A stretch of 62,325 nt of DNA, the filler included. It is 6 parts of 6 records of this genome, joined end to end, with 100 filler letters (N's around TTAATTAATTAA, not from the genome) between each part and the next. Parts side by side here need not be neighbours in the genome. Positions count along the whole stretch, not along the records: positions 1 to 14,702 come from SRR31147125_5666; 5 more parts are not named here. One strand, given 5' to 3'. The notes below the pieces were generated by a model. That model made no database searches. It saw nothing but the letters and a program-made list of their open reading frames with translations, and was not told the DNA's origin. The number at the start of each line of letters is the position of its first letter. The first letter of the stretch is position 1. This document shows, one piece after another, positions 1 to 7,903 of this stretch. The position numbers and the translations under genes are program-made.

Positions 1-30
1 GCCTGTAACATGAAGTTACAGGCTTTTCTT
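1..30. terminator. Intrinsic terminator hairpin (probably bidirectional) next to the tRNA 3' fragment
   Basis: GCCTGTAAC(1-9)/GTTACAGGC(15-23) perfect 9-bp stem followed by TTTTCTT. Confidence 0.7.
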
Positions 31-31
31 G

Positions 32-54
32 TGGCAGGGGCAGAAGGACTTGAA
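32..54 (-). mobile_element. Displaced tRNA 3'-end fragment (Trp-like), putative att site of an integrative element
   Basis: Minus strand reads TTCAAGTCCTTCTGCCCCTGCCA (T-loop, T-stem 3' side, acceptor 3' side, CCA). The tRNA-like sequence does not continue upstream of TTCAA. Confidence 0.6.
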
Positions 55-321
55 GTTGATGAGCGTCATTCTAGCGTATAAAATCAAGTGAAATACGGGG
101 CTATTGCTTAACGGCGTATAATTATGCTTAATCAAACAAAAACCTCTAGGGGGTAAATTATGGGGTGGCAAGTCGTATCGAAAGGCAGACATATAAAGGA
201 ATTTTCTATCTGACAGAACATCTTTTCTATAATAGATATCCGCATTCATGTGCTAAAATGTAGTAAAGGTTATAGACTGGCAAACCAAATTAATCTTATA
301 ACTATTTAGGAGGATAATATT

Positions 322-1425
322 TTGGCAATTCCTAAATTAGACACAAAAGAGCTTTCTGTTGTTGGCGAAGTCCCCAACCCATTTGGCGGACTAGGTTCTC
401 CAATCTTTGGTTTCCCAACTACAGGTAAAGAAGCGGGTAGGTTGCTCTACAAGAGAACTCCGTGGTGGCAGTTTGCCCCAGGCGTAGGTGTTGAATCAAC
501 TATGTTTAACCCGGGATGTGTTCCCGACAACATCGCCCGTGCGTTTGTTTTTGACGGTTCTTTCGTCCCCGGCGTGTCCAATCAGGCCGGTGGCAAGGAC
601 ATGTTCGGTATTGACTGGGAGTTTGTCCCGTCAGCCGGCGGCTCTATGGTGCGGCCAGGCAAGCCCTTTGTCGAGGACGCCAACGAGATCAAAGATAAGG
701 TCCAATGGCCCGATATCGACCGTTGGGATTGGGCCGGCTGTAGGAACATCAGCGAGCAGTATTTAAGCTTGCCGAACTTTTACTACACCATGTTTTTTAC
801 CGGCTGGTATGAAAGGCTCATCTCCTTCATGGATTTTGAAGGTGCCATTATGGCATTGATCGACGAGGACCAAAAGGATGCTGTAAAGGATTTCTTTGAT
901 AAGCTTTCCGACTTATATATTCGTATCTTAGAAAAATACATCACCTATTTCCCAGAGGTTGAATGCTACAGTATCCATGATGACTGGGGTTCTCAAAAGG
1001 ATACATTCTTCTCCCCTGCATGTGTGGAAGAGATGATCGTCCCCTATATGAAGCGGGTCACCGACTTCCTCCATTCTAAGGGTAAATACTGCGACCTTCA
1101 CAGCTGTGGTCAGTTGATGAAACAGGTTCCTAATATGATTGCTGCAGGCTGGGACTCCTGGATGCCGCAGCCCCTGAACGATACACACAAGATTTACGAG
1201 CTATACGGCGATAAGCTGCTCATTGGTGTAATGCCTGAGATTTATGACGTGGCATCTTCTTCTGAAAAAGACCAAAGAGCGTTTGCCAAAGCTTATGCCG
1301 ACAAATTCTGCAATCCTCAAAAACCCTCCATGCTTAACATGTATGCCGGTTATGGCGTTGATATTATCACACCCGCGTATAGGGAAGAGCTATATAAGCA
1401 ATCACGAATTAATTACAGCAAATAA
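322..1425 (+). CDS. Uroporphyrinogen decarboxylase-family protein (MtaA/CmuA-like, O-demethylase methyltransferase I type)
   Basis: AGGAGG RBS then TTG; motifs GKDMFGIDW, ERLISFMDFE, HDDWGSQ, LHSCG. Confidence 0.85.
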   Translation: MAIPKLDTKELSVVGEVPNPFGGLGSPIFGFPTTGKEAGRLLYKRTPWWQFAPGVGVESTMFNPGCVPDNIARAFVFDGSFVPGVSNQAGGKDMFGIDWEFVPSAGGSMVRPGKPFVEDANEIKDKVQWPDIDRWDWAGCRNISEQYLSLPNFYYTMFFTGWYERLISFMDFEGAIMALIDEDQKDAVKDFFDKLSDLYIRILEKYITYFPEVECYSIHDDWGSQKDTFFSPACVEEMIVPYMKRVTDFLHSKGKYCDLHSCGQLMKQVPNMIAAGWDSWMPQPLNDTHKIYELYGDKLLIGVMPEIYDVASSSEKDQRAFAKAYADKFCNPQKPSMLNMYAGYGVDIITPAYREELYKQSRINYSK

Positions 1426-1542
1426 AAAGGAACATATATTCAATCCGATTAAAAATGCTGGTGTACATTATGATTTAGTACCGCAATTCACTTTGCATTA
1501 AAACCGACTCAATCAATAAGCTGCATCAGCGGATTATCAGAA

Positions 1543-1574
1543 GCCTCCCAGCGTATGAACTTACGATGGGAGGC
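1543..1574. terminator. Hairpin between convergent genes
   Basis: GCCTCCCA...TGGGAGGC inverted repeat. Confidence 0.6.
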
Positions 1575-1683
1575 GTTTATGTATGCAATTTGAGATGGCT
1601 GACAGTGCGGTAATACCGCCAATAAAGTTAGGTGCATTGGGTCTGATTAAACGTATTTTACAGTACCCAAGTGAAACAAGGAT

Positions 1684-2690
1684 TCATTGAAAGTTTTCTT
1701 TGTTAAATCTGGCAATCTCGTCGTTAATGAACTTGTCAGCTTGTGGGAATATTGACCCCGGGCTTCCATACGTCATGCTTGGGATGAAGTGCCCGTTTGG
1801 CGTATATTCATTTAATGCGCGGCGTGTTTCAGCGCGAATCTCTTCCTCTGTTGAATCCTCACGATCAACTATCGCAGCTTCAAGCCCTCCCATAAGTGTC
1901 ATTCTCCCATCAAGCTGCTTCTGAATAGCAACTATATCGTTTTGTGGGAGTGCTCCCTGCCATACGTCGATATGCAAGTCCACCATATCTTCAACGATTT
2001 GTTCGAGGAACGAGTCGGAATGATGGATAATAGTGATCTCCTGATCGTGGAGATATCCATATATTTTATTGTATTGCGGCTTAATGAATTCACGCCATAA
2101 TTCCGGCGAGATAAACATGTTGGTTTTACTGCCCCAATCGTCATGCGATAGCATAACGTCGGGTTTCATATGCTCAACGATCATTTGCATGTATTTTAAG
2201 CGAAAGTCGCCTATCGCATTGCAAAGATCCATCATCGCCTCAGGCTCAGTCATTAGATTGATAAAAGTATCTTCAAATCCCATCAGAAAATGCAGTCTTT
2301 CAAAAACTCCAGTTGGTGCAAAGGCCATAACGAGATTTTCATTGCGGTTAACAGTTTCTACCCGTTCCATAAACGGTTTCCAAAGCTCAGACTCCGCGCA
2401 ATGGGTGTCGATATCCGGAATTGTAACGGCGTTTTGCCATTGGGTAACGTCCTTAACAACCTTAATCTCATCTGTGACATGCGGCATACTACTAACAACA
2501 CCTTTGGGCCACAATATTAAAGTGCCCCATCGATCTTCTAATGGCGCCATCCCTGGATATCTTGTTCCGCGAACGTATGTATTTACGGGGTCGTCCGAAA
2601 ACCAAGCCAATCCTCCGAACTGACTTACAATTCTGTCCGGTTTTCCATTTTTCTTAAGTGTCTCTAAAAATTCTGCTTTTTCGTAAGCAT
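1684..2690 (-). CDS. URO-D/MtaA-family methyltransferase; true start at 2690 with a 1-nt deletion in a T run near 2666-2671
   Basis: DRWG, FERLHFLMGFED, HDDWGSK and HHSD motifs; GAGGAG RBS + ATG 2690 gives MLTKKQNF/LETLKKNGKPDRIVSQ, the family-typical N-terminus, if one T is restored. Confidence 0.85.
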
Positions 2691-2713
2691 TCTGCTCTCC
2701 TCAACTGATCATT

Positions 2714-5131
2714 CTATATTGAAAGTTCTGTGCGCTTAATCAAATCTTCCTGGCTGCCTTGCGAAAGCTCAACAAAGTAAGCTGAGAATCCAGCAACACG
2801 CACAACAAGATTCTCATTCTCTTTTGGTGCTTTTTGAGCTTCACGGAGCATTTCACTGCTTACAACATTAATTTGCATCTCTATTCCGCCCATCTCAAAA
2901 TACGCTTGTATCAACGCTTTGAGCTTGAGTCTGCTCTCATCGGTACTCAGAGCAGTCGGGTGAAACTTCATATTCAGGAGCGTTCCATTCGGATATTTGC
3001 TCTGGTCCAGCCGTGAGATTGACGCCAATATGGCCGTCGGGCCGTTTGTATCCATTTGCTGCACAGGCGAAATGCCGTCAGCCAAAGGCTCTCCAAGCAT
3101 GCGCCCATCCGGCGTAGCCGCCGTCGACAAACCATATAGCACATTAAACGCAACCGGAAAAAGCCCTGCGCTAAACAGCCCCCGGGGGCCAGACGCAGCG
3201 TTTACAAACTCGGCAAACGTATCGCCTACCCAAGTCAGATATTTGTCGTTATAGTCATTCCCATTGCCGTACCGGGGTACCTCGTTGAGTATATACCGCC
3301 GGAGCTCTTCCTTCCCTTCCCAGTTGGACATGAGCGCATCATACAGTTCTTTAGCGGTACAGATTTTCTTGTCGTACACAAGATACTTGGTCACAGCCAG
3401 GCAATCGACTAAATTGCCGATGGCAATCCCAGGAAATCCTGTTGAATTATACTTCGCGCCGCCGTCCATAACATCTTTTCCGGATTCCATGCAGCCATCC
3501 ATAACCGCGGATACCAGCGGCAGCGGGAGCTCTCTCGCTGTTATGTATTCCTGAATATTCGTCATACTGACCTGCCAGTCAACGAAATATTTCATCTGCT
3601 TGCGAACGGCCTCGAGCACCTGGTCAAAGGACTCCATCTCATAAAGATATCCCGTAGCCAAACCAGTTTGCCTCGGAGCGGACCCGTCCGGATTCGGCAA
3701 CGGGTTGTACCCGTTATTGATTGCCTGAAGGAAACAGTTTGCCATGTTCCAGTATCCTTCCCAACCGGAGGCTCCGCACATGGACCAGTGATCGCCGCAA
3801 CCGGCAGGCTCCACACAACCGATCAGGCAGTAATTGCGGGCACTCTCAAGCGACAAGCCCCTTCCCTGAAGACCCGGTATAATCATTTCATCATATTCAA
3901 ATGTCGGTACACCACCGGCAATCATCGTCGTCGCAATTGCTGCCTCCCATAATTCATCGGGTGTGTCCTGATGAATCCTCAATGCCTGCGGGGGATCATG
4001 CAGCACAAGTCTTGCCGCTGACTGGAGCATCATATACGTTACGGCATTCGTTGCGTCGTTCCCGTTTCTATCGGTACCGCCAAGCGTCATCAGCATACCG
4101 CTTGTATATCCTGATACACCGCGTGCGGAGGTCGATGGCCCCATTTTATTCATCTCGGCTACCTTCAGGTAAAACAAATCGAGGATTTCCTGCCCCTCCT
4201 CCGGCGTCAATTCATCCATGGCTATATCCGCCTGATAAAATTCACCCAGATATTGATCAACGCGCCCAAAGCTTATCCCATGTTGTTGACCATCCAGACA
4301 CATACCGATATGATAAAGATACAGGCATTGAACAGCATCGCGAAAATTTCGGCAGGGATTCTCCATAATCCAGTTTAGACTGTCAGCCATTCTCTCTAAC
4401 TCTTTTTTCCGTACTGCATCCTTTTCCTGTTGTGCCAAAGCAAGGCAACCGGCAGCATAACGCTTTGACAGGGTAATCATGGCCTGACTTACAAGAGCTA
4501 CAGCTCGGTAAAATGTATACTTTTCCGCCCTGTCACCGTAGAGACGTCCTTCCAGGTTTGCCATTTTTGTGAGTGCTTCATCCCGGATGGAACCAAATCC
4601 CCGGCACATCACCTTTTGATAATTCGAGCAAAAATGGCCAATCGGCATGATGCAGATTTTATCCGTAAAAGCCGTCACGCCGTTCCCGACGCATTTCAAA
4701 TATCCTTCGGGAACATATTCGCTGAGCTTTGCACTGTTATTTTCTTTTTCCCAAAAATCAACAATGCTTAGAACATAATTGATATCCTCTTGATCAATGA
4801 GGTAATTGTCCGTGGACCGGTTAAGCAGCGTTCCGTTATCCCAGTCTCGCCGGAACCATGCGATTCCTCCGAATTCCGGATTCAGTGATGAGCCCCGGTA
4901 TGATGTGGCCTGACTGCCGACAATTATTTCATCATCATTAATATGAATCGGAAGCTTGTTACACAGGTTTTCAAAGTTTTTTGCCCTTTTCAAAATACCT
5001 GTCAGCTGTGTGTTTTCCTGATAAAATTCAGTTACTATCTTTAAGCGTGCAGTACAGAGCTTCGGTATCGTAGAACGGTACCGTTCACGAACTCTAACAA
5101 CGCGTTCGGACATCGGTTTTAGTGCAAACAT
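2714..5131 (-). CDS. Glycyl radical enzyme (PFL superfamily, eliminase-type), substrate unknown
   Basis: Cys loop CLIGCVEP, Gly loop LVVRVAGFSAYF, ATPDGR..GEPLADGISP; GGGAGG RBS before ATG 5131 (805 aa). Confidence 0.92.
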   Translation of the reverse strand: MFALKPMSERVVRVRERYRSTIPKLCTARLKIVTEFYQENTQLTGILKRAKNFENLCNKLPIHINDDEIIVGSQATSYRGSSLNPEFGGIAWFRRDWDNGTLLNRSTDNYLIDQEDINYVLSIVDFWEKENNSAKLSEYVPEGYLKCVGNGVTAFTDKICIMPIGHFCSNYQKVMCRGFGSIRDEALTKMANLEGRLYGDRAEKYTFYRAVALVSQAMITLSKRYAAGCLALAQQEKDAVRKKELERMADSLNWIMENPCRNFRDAVQCLYLYHIGMCLDGQQHGISFGRVDQYLGEFYQADIAMDELTPEEGQEILDLFYLKVAEMNKMGPSTSARGVSGYTSGMLMTLGGTDRNGNDATNAVTYMMLQSAARLVLHDPPQALRIHQDTPDELWEAAIATTMIAGGVPTFEYDEMIIPGLQGRGLSLESARNYCLIGCVEPAGCGDHWSMCGASGWEGYWNMANCFLQAINNGYNPLPNPDGSAPRQTGLATGYLYEMESFDQVLEAVRKQMKYFVDWQVSMTNIQEYITARELPLPLVSAVMDGCMESGKDVMDGGAKYNSTGFPGIAIGNLVDCLAVTKYLVYDKKICTAKELYDALMSNWEGKEELRRYILNEVPRYGNGNDYNDKYLTWVGDTFAEFVNAASGPRGLFSAGLFPVAFNVLYGLSTAATPDGRMLGEPLADGISPVQQMDTNGPTAILASISRLDQSKYPNGTLLNMKFHPTALSTDESRLKLKALIQAYFEMGGIEMQINVVSSEMLREAQKAPKENENLVVRVAGFSAYFVELSQGSQEDLIKRTELSI

Positions 5132-5341
5132 AAAAAACCTCCCATTAGCCTTCTTTGTTATCATTGTAGCGAATGGTAATTTAAATGAGAAATAACAAAT
5201 ACTTTGCACCATATAAACAACTTCAATAAGCTATTTTTATATACTATGCCACTCATACGTATCTTTAAATTTTGACTTGCTTTCCCTGGTGATATTATGT
5301 TAAATAAAATATAACTTTGTTATCAAGAGAGGTGTCGGAAG

Positions 5342-6265
5342 GTGGATAATAACAAACTGGAATACTTTATCTCAGCAGCTCAGTCCCTTAATTTCTCTGA
5401 AGTTGCACGTACACACTATATTTCCCAGCCGGCTGTAAGCCATCAAATTAGTCTGCTTGAGGATGAGTTGGGTGTTCAGCTGTTTACACGTGTCGGACGC
5501 CAACTCCTGCTAACGAGCGAAGGAGAGCTGTTTTTGCCGCATGCTATTCAAATTTTAGAGGACATGCATGAGGCAACGCAGCTTGTACAGCGACAAAAGC
5601 AGGGTAAATCGGGCAAAGTGTCAATCGTCGTTGCAAACACCACCAGTGCGACGTATAAAAAATGTCTGACCGAATTTACAACGCGATACCCGAATATACT
5701 TGTCGACACGACTATCGCGCTGGGCTATGAGCAGACCAACGAAATATCAAAAGGTAACTTTGATATTTGCTTTATTGCAGAATATATGGTCGCTGACAAT
5801 GCCAATCTCGATTATACGATTACTCAGCAGGACAAGATGTGTCTGGCCATGCCAACGTCATTTCCACCCGCAACTGACCTCAACGATATGTCTTATCTTG
5901 AGGAGCATCCTTTTATTGGCATTAATTACGAGAGCTCTCCCCTTCTCAAGGAAGAAATACAAAACATCTGCATTCGAAGAAACTTCTCTCCAAAAACGAT
6001 TCACCAATACAACCGAATGGAAGCAGTTTTGTGGTCTGTCGACGCGGGTGTTGGTATTTCAATCGTACCACTTTCTCTGATTTCCCTTTACCCTACTGAA
6101 AACATCACCTGTATTCCGTTTGAAGGTGAGGACTGTACTGTCAATTGTATTGCAGGTTGGCAGCGCATAACAAAAAACACTGCTGCCCAAAAATTCAAAG
6201 AAGTCGTGCTGGAACTGTATCCAAAAGAATCTTTTATAACAGAAACTGAATCCGAGGATCAATAA
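5342..6265 (+). CDS. LysR-family transcriptional regulator, divergent from the GRE
   Basis: N-terminal HTH LNFSEVARTHYISQPAVSHQISLLEDELGVQLF; about 300 aa. Confidence 0.92.
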   Translation: MDNNKLEYFISAAQSLNFSEVARTHYISQPAVSHQISLLEDELGVQLFTRVGRQLLLTSEGELFLPHAIQILEDMHEATQLVQRQKQGKSGKVSIVVANTTSATYKKCLTEFTTRYPNILVDTTIALGYEQTNEISKGNFDICFIAEYMVADNANLDYTITQQDKMCLAMPTSFPPATDLNDMSYLEEHPFIGINYESSPLLKEEIQNICIRRNFSPKTIHQYNRMEAVLWSVDAGVGISIVPLSLISLYPTENITCIPFEGEDCTVNCIAGWQRITKNTAAQKFKEVVLELYPKESFITETESEDQ

Positions 6266-6397
6266 AAGAACCGCAGCCGGCTCAAAGAAAGTACCAACTG
6301 CGATTTATTTTTATAAGTTTATAGGCATAAAGTCTTTTTGGCGTCTCTTTGCCTATGTTTTCATTGTCTTACAAAATAGATGAAAAGGTACGGAAGC

Positions 6398-7327
6398 ATG
6401 ATTAACGAACTGAAAATCAGATGTTTCCTATGTTTGACTGAAACACTTAATTTCACTGAAACCGGGAAAAAACTATTCATATCGCAGCAGGCTGTCAGCC
6501 GTCATATATCCAACCTCGAAGAGGACATTGGTGTTTTGCTGTTTGAAAGAACGCGTAATTCGGTTGAATTGACAGAAGCCGGCATCCGTTTCTATCAATT
6601 CTTCAAAGAAACCGGTTCTCGTTTTCAGTCTCTTGTAACAGAAATGCAAAATGGGTATTCCCTGCATACTAAAAACATAAGGATCGGTTACCAAAACTGG
6701 CTTGATTTTGGCCCGGCCCTTGGAAGTGCCATGGCTGTCCTGCGTGAAAACACTCCGGATCTACACCTCCTGGGTGAGCGCCATTCGCCATTAGCTTTGA
6801 TCTCACTTCTGGAAAGCATATCTTTGGACATGATCCTCATCCATGAGCGTTTCTTACTTGAACGGGACAGCCTGCGCAAACTTCTTTTAATCAAAACACC
6901 GATGCAGGTGGTCGTTGCGCGTAATGATCCAATCTGCAACAAATTCACAGATGATTATCATGTGTTTGAAGTACGCCCCTTACTGATCGACGCATTAGAA
7001 GGTGAAAATAAATCCGCTACTATAAAACGGGCTCAAGCCGAACTGGAGCCTTATCACTTCAGCCCTGAAGAAATTATCGTTTTACCAAATAGGGACTCAA
7101 TATATACCGAGGCTGAACTCGGCCGTGGTGTTTTCCTCAGCAGTTCAATGGCACAAGCTGCTCAAAGCAGCACATTGGCACGCTTTGACACAGATATATT
7201 TGAAGGCCTTTTCTGTGTGTGGCGTGCCAGCGGCTACAATTATTATATTAAGCAATACGCTAAACAGCTCAAAGTGGAATACGGAAAATTATCTGAGCAG
7301 TTTCTTAAAACCCGAAGTTGGAGCTAA
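6398..7327 (+). CDS. LysR-family transcriptional regulator
   Basis: LNFTETGKKLFISQQAVSRHISNLEEDIGVLLFER. Confidence 0.9.
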   Translation: MINELKIRCFLCLTETLNFTETGKKLFISQQAVSRHISNLEEDIGVLLFERTRNSVELTEAGIRFYQFFKETGSRFQSLVTEMQNGYSLHTKNIRIGYQNWLDFGPALGSAMAVLRENTPDLHLLGERHSPLALISLLESISLDMILIHERFLLERDSLRKLLLIKTPMQVVVARNDPICNKFTDDYHVFEVRPLLIDALEGENKSATIKRAQAELEPYHFSPEEIIVLPNRDSIYTEAELGRGVFLSSSMAQAAQSSTLARFDTDIFEGLFCVWRASGYNYYIKQYAKQLKVEYGKLSEQFLKTRSWS

Positions 7328-7328
7328 T

Positions 7329-7529
7329 CTACCAGAGCTTCAATTGATCCTGAGCATATTTACTCAGATCTCCTACGGCTTTTTCCACTGAATTGCAGAC
7401 GGCTTCGATCAGCCGTTTTGTCTCTTCATCCGCCTTGGATTCACCCAGAAGATTCGTCAGTTCCTTTTTCAGCTGAATTGGGATACGGTCATATTCGCTG
7501 CGCAGGAACGAGTATGTATATTGTGCCAT
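7329..7529 (-). CDS. Small helical protein, third gene of the molybdoenzyme operon
   Basis: AGGAG RBS, 15 nt downstream of the Fe-S subunit, 66 aa, hydrophilic. Confidence 0.65.
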   Translation of the reverse strand: MAQYTYSFLRSEYDRIPIQLKKELTNLLGESKADEETKRLIEAVCNSVEKAVGDLSKYAQDQLKLW

Positions 7530-7544
7530 ATGGTCGTCTCCTTT

Positions 7545-7886
7545 CTATTTGGGGGAATAAAGGATGCCGCGCGGCATATCCGGCAGCTTTTTCGCCAGCT
7601 CCTCTAAATCGCCATAGTGAATACTCGCCGTGCCGCAATGCCGGACGCAGGCCGGCACCGTATCCTCGCCGGATGCCATGCGGGACGCGCACAACGTACA
7701 GTTTTTTGAAAAATATGGAACATAGTCAAACTGGACCTTGTTTGACTCGGCGTCTTCCATGATGATCTCGGTTATCTTGATCCCGCTGATACCAACGGGG
7801 TATTGATTTTCCTGTTTACAGGCGACCTCACAGGCGTGGCAGCCGGTACAGTAATGCATGTCCACAAGAATTCCTTTTTTAGACAT
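7545..7886 (-). CDS. 4Fe-4S subunit of the molybdoenzyme (DmsB-like, short)
   Basis: CTGCHACEVAC, CTLC and PACVRHC motifs; AAGGAG RBS before ATG 7886. Confidence 0.88.
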   Translation of the reverse strand: MSKKGILVDMHYCTGCHACEVACKQENQYPVGISGIKITEIIMEDAESNKVQFDYVPYFSKNCTLCASRMASGEDTVPACVRHCGTASIHYGDLEELAKKLPDMPRGILYSPK

Positions 7887-7903
7887 AACGGTTCGCTCCT
7901 TTC

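Noticed and set aside
32-54. Complete tRNA gene
   Set aside because: Only the 3' 23 nt are present; no D or anticodon arm
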